Of a stretch of DNA of 32,443 bases, positions 23,723-32,443 are shown piece after piece. The stretch lies in IMG/VR virus record IMGVR_UViG_2541047794_000003; one strand, written 5' to 3'. Every line of letters begins with the position of its first letter. Position 1 is the stretch's first letter. Both the position numbers and the translations under genes were made by a program. Origin of the DNA: a virus (lineage: Duplodnaviria; Heunggongvirae; Uroviricota; Caudoviricetes). Under the pieces are notes generated by a model. It saw nothing but the letters and a program-made list of their open reading frames with translations. It was not told where the DNA came from and searched no databases.

Positions 23723-25622
23723 TATGGTGGCCGCCGTTTCGGTTGCGCTGCAGCCTCTGGTCAGGGTTGTACCGATGACGGCAGTTGAATGGGCTGACCA
23801 GTATTATTATCTGCCGAAAGAATCCTCATACGGTGACGGCGAATGGAAAACGCTGCCGTTCCAGATCGCCATCATGAACAGTATGGGGAATGATCAGATC
23901 CGCACTGTTAATCTGATTAAATCTGCCCGTGTTGGCTATACAAAGATGTTGCTGGGAGTCGCCGGGTATTTTATTGAGCATAAATCCCGAAACAGTCTGC
24001 TTTTTCAGCCCACGGATTCTGCCGCTGAAGATTTTATGAAGTCTCACGTGGAGGCGACGATTCGGGACGTGCCATGCCTGAAAGATCTTTCCCCGTGGCT
24101 GGGTCGTAAACATCGTGACAATACTCTCATGCTGAAACGCTTTTCATCGGGGGTGGGCTTCTGGTGCCTGGGTGGTGCGGCAGCAAAAAACTACCGTGAA
24201 AAATCCGTGGACGTGGTCTGCTATGACGAACTTTCCTCGTTCGAGCCGGATGTCGAAAAAGAGGGCTCGCCAACCCTGCTGGGGGATAAGCGTATTGAGG
24301 GCTCGGTATGGCCAAAATCCATTCGCGGCTCGACGCCTAAAATAAAAGGCTCCTGCCAGATCGAAAAAGCGGCCAACGAGTCGGCGCATTTCATGCGTTT
24401 TTATGTGCCCTGCCCGCACTGTGGGGAGGCGCAGTATCTGAAATTTGGCGATGAGTCCACGCCTTTTGGCCTTAAATGGGAGAAGGACAGCCCCGAAAGC
24501 GTTTTCTACCTCTGTGAACATCATGGCTGCGTGATCCATCAGTCTGAGCTTGACCAGAGCAACGGGCGGTGGATCTGCGAAAACACGGGGATGTGGACCC
24601 GCGACGGTCTGACGTTTTTCAGCGCCGCGGATAATGAAATTCCGCCGCCGCGCTCCATCACATTCCATATCTGGACGGCGTACAGTCCGTTCACCACCTG
24701 GGTACAGATTGTCTATGACTGGCTGGATGCACTGAAAGATCCCAACGGCCTGAAAACCTTTGTGAACACCACGCTGGGCGAGACCTGGGAAGAGGCCGTG
24801 GGCGAAAAACTCGATCACCAGGTGCTGATGGATAAGGTTGTGCGTTACACGGCTGCGGTGCCTTCCCGGGTGGTTTATCTGACGGCGGGCATTGACTCGC
24901 AGCGAAACCGTTTTGAGATGTATGTCTGGGGATGGGCTCCGGGAGAGGAAGCCTTTCTGGTGGATAAAATCATCATTATGGGGCGTCCCGATGAGGAAGA
25001 GACGCTGTTACGTGTGGATGTGGCGATCAACAAAAAATACCGCCATGCAGACGGAACCGAAATGACCATTTCCCGTGTCTGCTGGGACACCGGGGGGATC
25101 GATGGCGAAATTGTCTATCAGAGGTCAAAAAAACACGGTGTTTTCCGGGTGCTGCCGGTAAAAGGTGCATCTGTTTATGGCAAGCCGGTGATCACCATGC
25201 CAAAAACCCGCAATCAGCGGGGCGTGTATCTGTGCGAAGTGGGGACGGACACCGCAAAAGAAATTCTCTATGCCCGTATGAAAGCCGATCCCACGCCTGT
25301 GGATGAAGCCACGTCGTATGCCATCCGTTTTCCTGATGATCCGGAGATTTTTTCGCAGACAGAGGCGCAGCAACTGGTCGCGGAAGAGCTTGTGGAGAAG
25401 TGGGAAAAAGGAAAGATGCGTCTGCTGTGGGATAACAAAAAGCGGCGTAACGAAGCGCTGGACTGCCTGGTGTATGCCTACGCGGCATTACGTGTGTCCG
25501 TGCAACGCTGGCAGCTTGATCTGGCTGTACTGGCAAAATCCCGGGAAGAAGAGACGACCCGGCCAACCCTTAAAGAACTGGCAGCGAAGCTGTCCGGAGG
25601 AGTGAATGGTTACAGTCGCTGA
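23694..25622 (+). CDS. A: Terminase large subunit (lambda gpA type)
   Basis: 642 aa; extended collinearity with lambda gpA (TAVEWAD..YYLPKES, GFWCLGGAAAKNYREKSVDV, CPHCGEAQYLKFGD...). Confidence 0.95.
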   Translation: MNISEQQLNNMVAAVSVALQPLVRVVPMTAVEWADQYYYLPKESSYGDGEWKTLPFQIAIMNSMGNDQIRTVNLIKSARVGYTKMLLGVAGYFIEHKSRNSLLFQPTDSAAEDFMKSHVEATIRDVPCLKDLSPWLGRKHRDNTLMLKRFSSGVGFWCLGGAAAKNYREKSVDVVCYDELSSFEPDVEKEGSPTLLGDKRIEGSVWPKSIRGSTPKIKGSCQIEKAANESAHFMRFYVPCPHCGEAQYLKFGDESTPFGLKWEKDSPESVFYLCEHHGCVIHQSELDQSNGRWICENTGMWTRDGLTFFSAADNEIPPPRSITFHIWTAYSPFTTWVQIVYDWLDALKDPNGLKTFVNTTLGETWEEAVGEKLDHQVLMDKVVRYTAAVPSRVVYLTAGIDSQRNRFEMYVWGWAPGEEAFLVDKIIIMGRPDEEETLLRVDVAINKKYRHADGTEMTISRVCWDTGGIDGEIVYQRSKKHGVFRVLPVKGASVYGKPVITMPKTRNQRGVYLCEVGTDTAKEILYARMKADPTPVDEATSYAIRFPDDPEIFSQTEAQQLVAEELVEKWEKGKMRLLWDNKKRRNEALDCLVYAYAALRVSVQRWQLDLAVLAKSREEETTRPTLKELAAKLSGGVNGYSR

Positions 25623-25809
25623 ACTGCAGGTGCTGCGTCAGGCGCGCCTTGATTTATTAACCGGTAAACGGGTGGTGTCTGTCCAGAAAGATGGTCGCAG
25701 AATTGAATATACGGCAGCTTCTCTGGATGAGCTTAACCGGGCGATCAATGATGCGGAGTCGGTACTGGGGACCCGCCGTCGCCGTCGTCCGCTGGGAGTG
25801 AGGTTATGA
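25606..25809 (+). CDS. W: Head-tail joining protein W
   Basis: 67 aa; LTGKRVVSVQKDGRRIEYTAAS matches lambda gpW. Confidence 0.9.
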   Translation: MVTVAELQVLRQARLDLLTGKRVVSVQKDGRRIEYTAASLDELNRAINDAESVLGTRRRRRPLGVRL

Positions 25810-27398
25810 AACGAACGCCTGTCCTGATTGATGTGAACGGCGTTCCGCTTCGGGAGAGCCTCAGCTACAACGGTGGCGGTGCAGGATTTGGCGGGCAAAT
25901 GGCAGAGTGGTTGCCACCCTCGCAGAGTGCCGATGCGGCCCTGCTGCCCGCGTTGCGTCTGGGGAATGCCCGTGCAGATGATCTGGTGCGCAATAACGGA
26001 ATAGCGGCCAATGCGGTGGCCCTGCATAAGGATCACATTGTCGGGCATATGTTTCTGATTAGCTACCGTCCGAACTGGCGCTGGCTGGGGATGCGGGAGA
26101 CCGCAGCAAAAAGCTTTGTCGATGAGGTGGAGGCGGCCTGGTCGGAATACGCCGAAGGGATGTTTGGCGAGATCGACGTGGAAGGAAAACGCACGTTCAC
26201 GGAATTTATCCGTGAAGGTGTGGGCGTTCATGCGTTTAACGGCGAAATCTTTGTGCAGCCGGTCTGGGATACGGAAACCACGCAGTTATTCCGTACGCGT
26301 TTTAAAGCCGTGAGTCCGAAACGGGTGGACACGCCTGGACACGGTATGGGGAACCGTTTTCTGCGGGCCGGTGTGGAGGTCGATCGATATGGCCGTGCCG
26401 TCGCGTACCATATTTGTGAGGATGATTTTCCGTTCTCTGGTAGTGGACGATGGGAACGGATCCCGCGTGAACTTCCCACCGGACGTCCGGCCATGCTGCA
26501 TATTTTCGAGCCGGTGGAGGACGGGCAGACCCGTGGGGCTAATCAGTTTTACAGCGTCATGGAACGGCTGAAGATGCTCGATTCCCTGCAGGCAACACAG
26601 CTTCAGTCGGCCATAGTGAAGGCGATGTATGCAGCGACGATTGAAAGTGAACTTGATACCGAAAAGGCCTTTGAATATATCGCCGGTGCGCCGCAGGGGC
26701 AGAAGGATAATCCGCTTATTAATATTCTGGATAAGTTCTCCACCTGGTATGACACGAATAGCGTGACGCTGGGCGGTGTCAAAATTCCGCACCTTTTCCC
26801 CGGTGATGATCTGAAACTTCAGACCGCGCAGGATTCAGACAATGGATTTTCGGCGCTTGAACAGGCGCTGCTGCGGTATATCGCCGCCGGTCTTGGCGTT
26901 TCCTACGAACAGTTGTCCCGTGATTACTCGAAGGTCAGTTATTCAAGTGCCCGCGCATCCGCAAATGAGTCGTGGCGCTATTTTATGGGGCGGCGAAAAT
27001 TTATTGCGTCCCGGCTGGCCACGCAGATGTTTTCCTGCTGGCTGGAAGAGGCACTTCTTCGGGGGATTATTCGTCCGCCACGGGCACGTTTTGATTTTTA
27101 TCAGGCGCGATCAGCCTGGTCACGGGCTGAGTGGATTGGAGCCGGAAGAATGGCCATTGACGGGCTCAAGGAGGTTCAGGAATCAGTGATGCGCATTGAG
27201 GCCGGACTGAGCACGTATGAGAAAGAGCTGGCGCTGATGGGCGAGGATTATCAGGACATTTTCCGCCAGCAGGTCAGGGAATCTGCAGAGCGGGAAAAAG
27301 CCGGACTCTCACGTCCGGTGTGGATAGCGCAGGCGTATCAGCAGCAGATAGCGGAGAGTCGCAGGCCGGAAGAGGAGACAACACCACGTGAGACGTAA
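25806..27398 (+). CDS. B: Portal protein (lambda gpB type)
   Basis: 530 aa, position and size as lambda B, overlaps W stop. Confidence 0.9.
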   Translation: MKRTPVLIDVNGVPLRESLSYNGGGAGFGGQMAEWLPPSQSADAALLPALRLGNARADDLVRNNGIAANAVALHKDHIVGHMFLISYRPNWRWLGMRETAAKSFVDEVEAAWSEYAEGMFGEIDVEGKRTFTEFIREGVGVHAFNGEIFVQPVWDTETTQLFRTRFKAVSPKRVDTPGHGMGNRFLRAGVEVDRYGRAVAYHICEDDFPFSGSGRWERIPRELPTGRPAMLHIFEPVEDGQTRGANQFYSVMERLKMLDSLQATQLQSAIVKAMYAATIESELDTEKAFEYIAGAPQGQKDNPLINILDKFSTWYDTNSVTLGGVKIPHLFPGDDLKLQTAQDSDNGFSALEQALLRYIAAGLGVSYEQLSRDYSKVSYSSARASANESWRYFMGRRKFIASRLATQMFSCWLEEALLRGIIRPPRARFDFYQARSAWSRAEWIGAGRMAIDGLKEVQESVMRIEAGLSTYEKELALMGEDYQDIFRQQVRESAEREKAGLSRPVWIAQAYQQQIAESRRPEEETTPRET

Positions 27399-28893
27399 TC
27401 TTTCACACATTATTGCAGCAGCATTCAATGAACCGCTGCTTCTGGAGCCCGCCTATGCGCGGGTTTTCTTTTGCGCGCTGGGGCGCGAGATGGGGGCAGC
27501 AAGTCTTTCGGTACCGCAACAGCAGGTACAGCTTGATGCTCCCGGGATGCTGGCTGAAACGGACGAGTACATGGCCGGAGGTAAACGACCGGCCCGTGTT
27601 TACCGGGTGGTGAACGGTATTGCTGTACTGCCGGTGACCGGCACGCTGGTGCACCGGCTGGGTGGTATGCGGCCATTTTCCGGAATGACAGGCTATGACG
27701 GTATTGTCGCCTGTCTTCAGCAGGCAATGGCGGATAGCCAGGTGCGGGGCGTACTGCTGGACATTGACAGTCCGGGCGGGCAGGCCGCCGGCGCGTTTGA
27801 CTGCGCTGACATGATTTACCGCCTCCGTCAGCAGAAGCCGGTCTGGGCACTGTGCAATGACACTGCCTGTTCTGCAGCCATGCTGCTGGCGTCGGCCTGC
27901 TCCCGACGGCTGGTTACCCAGACATCCCGTATCGGCTCCATTGGCGTGATGATGAGCCATGTCAGCTATGCCGGTCATCTGGCGCAGGCCGGTGTGGATA
28001 TCACGCTGATTTATGCCGGGGCGCACAAGGTGGATGGCAATCAGTTTGAAGCGTTGCCGGCAGAGGTTCGCCAGGATATGCAGCAGCGGATTGATGCGGC
28101 GCACCGGATGTTTGCCGAAAAAGTGGCGATGTATACCGGGTTGTCTGTGGATGCGGTCACGGGAACAGAGGCCGCTGTTTTTGAAGGTCAGTCCGGCATT
28201 GAGGCCGGGCTGGCGGATGAATTAATCAATGCGTCGGATGCCATCAGTGTGATGGCCACGGCGCTGAACAGTAATGTCAGAGGAGGCACTATGCCGCAAT
28301 TAACTGCAACGGAAGCCGCCGTGCAGGAGAACCAGCGAGTGATGGGGATCCTGACATGCCAGGAAGCGAAAGGACGTGAACAGCTTGCCACGATGCTGGC
28401 AGGGCAACAGGGCATGAGCGTTGAACAGGCCCGGGCGATTCTGGCCGCGGCGGCACCGCAGCAGCCGGTGGCATCCGCGCAGAGTGAAGCCGATCGCATT
28501 ATGGCGTGTGAAGAAGCGAACGGTCGTGAACAACTGGCGGCAACGCTGGCGGCGATGCCGGAGATGACGGTGGAAAAAGCCCGCCCGATCCTGGCGGCTG
28601 CACCACTGGCGGATGCCGGGCCCTCACTTCGTGATCAGATCATGGCACTGGATGAGGCAAAAGGGGCAGAAGCGCAGGCTGAAAAACTGGCGGCCTGCCC
28701 GGGAATGACCGTGGAGAACGCCCGGGCTGTGCTGGCTGCGGGATCAGGTAAGGCCGAACCGGTCTCTGCATCCACAACCGCCCTGTTTGAACATTTCATG
28801 GCGAATCATTCACCGGCAGCGGTGCGGGGTGGCGTGTCACAGACGTCAGCAGACGGTGATGCGGACGTGAAAATGCTCATGGCCATGCCATGA
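27388..28893 (+). CDS. C: Head maturation protease C (S49/ClpP-like) with C-terminal scaffold region
   Basis: 501 aa, GTG start; N-terminal FNEPLLLEPAYARVFFCAL as lambda gpC; C-terminal three tandem ~48-aa repeats. Confidence 0.9.
   Translation: MRRNLSHIIAAAFNEPLLLEPAYARVFFCALGREMGAASLSVPQQQVQLDAPGMLAETDEYMAGGKRPARVYRVVNGIAVLPVTGTLVHRLGGMRPFSGMTGYDGIVACLQQAMADSQVRGVLLDIDSPGGQAAGAFDCADMIYRLRQQKPVWALCNDTACSAAMLLASACSRRLVTQTSRIGSIGVMMSHVSYAGHLAQAGVDITLIYAGAHKVDGNQFEALPAEVRQDMQQRIDAAHRMFAEKVAMYTGLSVDAVTGTEAAVFEGQSGIEAGLADELINASDAISVMATALNSNVRGGTMPQLTATEAAVQENQRVMGILTCQEAKGREQLATMLAGQQGMSVEQARAILAAAAPQQPVASAQSEADRIMACEEANGREQLAATLAAMPEMTVEKARPILAAAPLADAGPSLRDQIMALDEAKGAEAQAEKLAACPGMTVENARAVLAAGSGKAEPVSASTTALFEHFMANHSPAAVRGGVSQTSADGDADVKMLMAMP
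28291..28893 (+). CDS. Nested in-frame scaffold gene (Nu3-like) within 3' part of C
   Basis: Internal ATG 28291 preceded by AGAGGAGG SD, in frame with C; lambda Nu3 is arranged the same way. Confidence 0.5.
   Translation: MPQLTATEAAVQENQRVMGILTCQEAKGREQLATMLAGQQGMSVEQARAILAAAAPQQPVASAQSEADRIMACEEANGREQLAATLAAMPEMTVEKARPILAAAPLADAGPSLRDQIMALDEAKGAEAQAEKLAACPGMTVENARAVLAAGSGKAEPVSASTTALFEHFMANHSPAAVRGGVSQTSADGDADVKMLMAMP
28345..28790 (+). repeat. Three tandem ~145-bp repeats within C/Nu3 coding region
   Basis: Protein repeats EAKGREQLATMLAGQQGMSVEQARAILAAA / EANGREQLAATLAAMPEMTVEKARPILAAA / EAKGAEAQAEKLAACPGMTVENARAVLAAG. Confidence 0.7.
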
Positions 28894-28929
28894 AGTCAGT
28901 GCTGACCATCAATATGAGGTTTTAACAAA

Positions 28930-29277
28930 ATGGTGACGAAAACCATCACTGAACAGCGTGCGGAAGTACGTATTTTTGCTGGTAATGATCCGGCTCATAC
29001 CGCCACAGGCAGCAGCGGGATTTCTTCTGCAACACCGGCTCTGACGCCCCTGATGCTGGATGAAGCCACCGGGAAACTGGTGGTCTGGGATGGACAGAAA
29101 GCCGGTAGTGCGGTTGGCATACTGGTACTGCCGCTTGAAGGCACAGAGACGGTGCTGACCTATTACAAGTCGGGGACCTTTGCGACGGAGGCAATCCGCT
29201 GGCCTGACAGTGTGGATGAACACAAAAAGGCAAATGCCTTTGCCGGCACAGCCCTGAGTCACGCGGCTCTGCCATAA
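28930..29277 (+). CDS. D: Head decoration protein D
   Basis: 115 aa; DPAHTAT, TPLMLDE..KLV.WDG, GILV, YKSGTF, AFAGTA match lambda gpD. Confidence 0.9.
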   Translation: MVTKTITEQRAEVRIFAGNDPAHTATGSSGISSATPALTPLMLDEATGKLVVWDGQKAGSAVGILVLPLEGTETVLTYYKSGTFATEAIRWPDSVDEHKKANAFAGTALSHAALP

Positions 29278-29334
29278 CACGTTATCAGGCCACCATGGTG
29301 GCCTGACTGATTTCTGAATGAAAGGAACTGATTT

Positions 29335-30363
29335 ATGGGATTGTTTACGACCCGCCAGTTACTCGGTTATACCGAACAAAAAGTGAAATTCCGTGCGCTA
29401 TTTCTGGAGCTGTTTTTCCGCCGGACGGTGAATTTCCATACCGAAGAAGTGATGCTGGACAAAATTACCGGAAAAACGCCGGTGGCGGCCTATGTCTCCC
29501 CGATCGTTGAAGGAAAAGTGCTGCGCCATCGTGGTGGTGAAACCCGCGTGTTGCGTCCGGGCTACGTCAAGCCGAAACACGAATTTAATTACCAGCAGGC
29601 GGTTGAGCGCCTTCCCGGTGAAGATCCGGCTCAGCTGAACGACCCGGCCTACCGTCGTCTGCGTATCATCACTGATAACCTCAAACAGGAAGAGCACGCT
29701 ATTGTGCAGGTGGAAGAAATGCAGGCGGTGAATGCCGTGCTGTATGGCAAATATACGATGGAAGGAGACCAGTTCGAGAAAATTGAAGTCGATTTTGGCC
29801 GATCGACGAAGAATAACATCATACAAGGTAGCGGTAAGGAGTGGTCAAAACAGGATCGTGACACGTTCGACCCGACATATGATATCGACCTTTTCTGTGA
29901 TCAGGCCAGTGGTCTTGTGAATATTGCCATTATGGACGGTACCGTCTGGCGTCTGCTGAATGGCTTTAAGCTTTTCCGCGAAAAACTGGATACCCGTCGC
30001 GGTTCAAATTCACAACTCGAAACGGCAGTGAAAGATCTGGGCGCAGTGGTATCCTTCAAGGGGTATTACGGCGATCTGGCCATTGTGGTAGCGAAAACGT
30101 CTTATGTGGCAGAGGACGGTACCGAAAAACGTTATCTGCCGGAGGGCACGCTGGTGCTGGGGAATACGGCAGCAGAGGGGATTCGTTGCTATGGAGCCAT
30201 TAAGGATGCACAGGCGTTGTCTGAAGGAGTGGTGGCTTCTTCCCGTTACCCGAAACACTGGCTGACCGTGGGCGATCCGTCCTGTGAATTCACCATGACG
30301 CAGTCCGCGCCGCTGATGGTGCTGCCGGATCCGGATGAGTTTGTGGTGGTACAGGTGAAATAA
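29335..30363 (+). CDS. E: Major capsid protein E
   Basis: 342 aa; collinear with lambda gpE (LDTRRGSNS.LETAVKDLG, SAPLM.L.DPDEFV). Confidence 0.95.
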   Translation: MGLFTTRQLLGYTEQKVKFRALFLELFFRRTVNFHTEEVMLDKITGKTPVAAYVSPIVEGKVLRHRGGETRVLRPGYVKPKHEFNYQQAVERLPGEDPAQLNDPAYRRLRIITDNLKQEEHAIVQVEEMQAVNAVLYGKYTMEGDQFEKIEVDFGRSTKNNIIQGSGKEWSKQDRDTFDPTYDIDLFCDQASGLVNIAIMDGTVWRLLNGFKLFREKLDTRRGSNSQLETAVKDLGAVVSFKGYYGDLAIVVAKTSYVAEDGTEKRYLPEGTLVLGNTAAEGIRCYGAIKDAQALSEGVVASSRYPKHWLTVGDPSCEFTMTQSAPLMVLPDPDEFVVVQVK

Positions 30364-30414
30364 TCCGTGAGCGGGGGCGAAATGCCCCCGTGTTTTTTTC
30401 ACAGGGAGCTGGAT

Positions 30415-30783
30415 ATGGCAACAAAAGAAGAAAATCAGAAACGTCTTCGTGAACTGGCTGGTCTGCTGGGGCGCGAGGCGGATATGTCGGGGAGTGCTGC
30501 GGATATCGCACAGCGTGTGGCAGAGTGGGAAGAGGAGGTTTGCGCCTCGGAAAATGAAATCGCAGATGTTGATGATACCGTTCATGAGCAGGCATGCAGG
30601 CACACCGGTGAGGATGACGTTGGTATTCTGGAACGTATCAGGCTTCTGAAGTGTTTTTACCTGTGCGGTGTTGACGATGAAACAGGTGGGCCTGTTGAGC
30701 ATGTTGATGCTGGCAGAGTAATTCTGATGCCCCCCTCAGTGGCAAAAGACATGGTCAGGAGCGGAGTGGCCGTTTATGCGTGA
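30415..30783 (+). CDS. DNA packaging protein FI
   Basis: 122 aa from ATG 30415 with AGGGAG SD; acidic; position as lambda FI. Confidence 0.75.
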   Translation: MATKEENQKRLRELAGLLGREADMSGSAADIAQRVAEWEEEVCASENEIADVDDTVHEQACRHTGEDDVGILERIRLLKCFYLCGVDDETGGPVEHVDAGRVILMPPSVAKDMVRSGVAVYA

Positions 30784-31129
30784 TTTTGAGAATTCCTTTG
30801 ATGCTGCCCTTGCCGGGGTGGACAGAACGATTGTTGAAGTGATGGGGCTCTGTGCGCAGTTCACCTCGGGGGCACAGTGTGGCAGCGAAGTTCAGGGGGT
30901 TTTTGACGATCCGGAGTCGCTGGGTTTTGCCGGTGGCGGGGTCCGTATTGAAGGAAGCAGCCCGTCATTATTTGTGCGGACGGATACGGTGCGTGCCGTG
31001 CGGCGTGGTGACACGCTGACCATTAACGGCGAGATGTTCTGGGTGGATCGTGTTTCTCCGGATGACGGGGGAAGCTGTTATCTCTGGCTCAACCGTGGGC
31101 AACCACCCGCTGTTAACCGGCGACGATAA
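30776..31129 (+). CDS. Head-tail joining protein FII
   Basis: 117 aa; GVFDDPE, GSSPSLFVRTD, RRGDTLTI, FWVDRVSPDDGGSC.LWL.RG.PPAVNRRR match lambda FII. Confidence 0.9.
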   Translation: MRDFENSFDAALAGVDRTIVEVMGLCAQFTSGAQCGSEVQGVFDDPESLGFAGGGVRIEGSSPSLFVRTDTVRAVRRGDTLTINGEMFWVDRVSPDDGGSCYLWLNRGQPPAVNRRR

Positions 31130-31144
31130 ACGCAGGGTGAAATT

Positions 31145-31716
31145 ATGGCGATAAAAGGGCTTGATCAGGCGATTGATAATCTGAGCCGGGTTCGTAAAAA
31201 CGCCATTCCGGCGGCTTCAGCAATGACGATTAACCGCGTGGCCACAACGGCGATTAATCAGTCTTCATCACAGGTTGCCCGGGAGACAAAGGTACGCCGG
31301 AAACTGGTTAAGGAACGGTCCAGACTGAAACGGGCCACGGTCAGAAATCCGAATGCAAAAATTATCGTTAACCGCGGTGATCTCCCTGTGATTAAGCTGG
31401 GGATCAGAATGCTGGGGCGTCGTCCGGACAGCATACTCAAAGCCGGTCAGCATCGTTATCAGCGGGCATTTATCCAGCGATTAAATAATGGGCGCTGGCA
31501 TGTTATGCAACGTCTTCCTCAGGCCAGATATGAGGAGGGCAATGACGACAAGGGAAGGAAAAAGCGTAATCGCCTTCCCATTCAGGTGGTGAAAATCCCG
31601 ATGGCGGCCCCACTGAAACAGGCATTTGATGAGAATGTTGACCGTATCCGGCGTGAACGCCTGCCTAAAGAACTGGCATACGCGCTGAAACAACAACTGA
31701 GGATTGCGATAAAACG

Positions 31717-31720
<4 letters not shown>
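31145..31720 (+). CDS. Z: Tail completion protein Z
   Basis: 191 aa, position and size as lambda Z; ATGA overlap with U. Confidence 0.85.

Positions 31721-32443
<723 letters not shown>

Noticed and set aside
24144-24818. 224-aa minus-strand ORF inside the terminase large subunit gene
   Set aside because: Antisense to a gene collinear with lambda gpA over its whole length; Arg/Pro-rich shadow-frame composition.
27403-28104. 233-aa and 141-aa minus-strand ORFs inside the gpC-like protease gene
   Set aside because: Antisense shadow frames of a high-GC coding region; no independent signals.
30010-30702. 230-aa minus-strand ORF spanning the capsid gene 3' end and FI
   Set aside because: Overlaps two conserved lambda-type structural genes on the opposite strand; no SD.

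Overview
The window is almost entirely one mosaic lambdoid prophage, read from the integrase end into the tail genes. Left to right: int/xis and a large exonuclease gene (minus strand); a Rac-type immunity region (HTH repressor without peptidase domain, flanked by TACC-N4-GGTA operator palindromes, then Cro-like YdaS and YdaT-like genes); replication genes (O-like initiator with internal iterons, DnaC-like loader); a nin-like accessory block (QueH-like DUF208, a hok/sok-type toxin locus, DUF968 HNH protein, RusA); Q antiterminator with a lambda-like PR'/tR'; a late-region DNA methyltransferase; three tRNA genes (Ile-CAT, Arg-TCG, Arg-TCT); a tandem pair of conserved structured non-coding modules in the position where Shiga-toxin phages carry stxAB (no stx genes are present); a NanS-p-type esterase; the lysis cassette (holin, SAR endolysin, Rz/Rz1); a cos site with the canonical lambda 12-nt cohesive end; and lambda-type packaging and head genes (Nu1, A, W, B, C/Nu3, D, E, FI, FII, Z, U). 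The major tail gene V is interrupted after about 35 codons by an IS21-family element, so the prophage is probably tail-defective. All calls rest on reading the sequence and on recalled family signatures; no database search was run.
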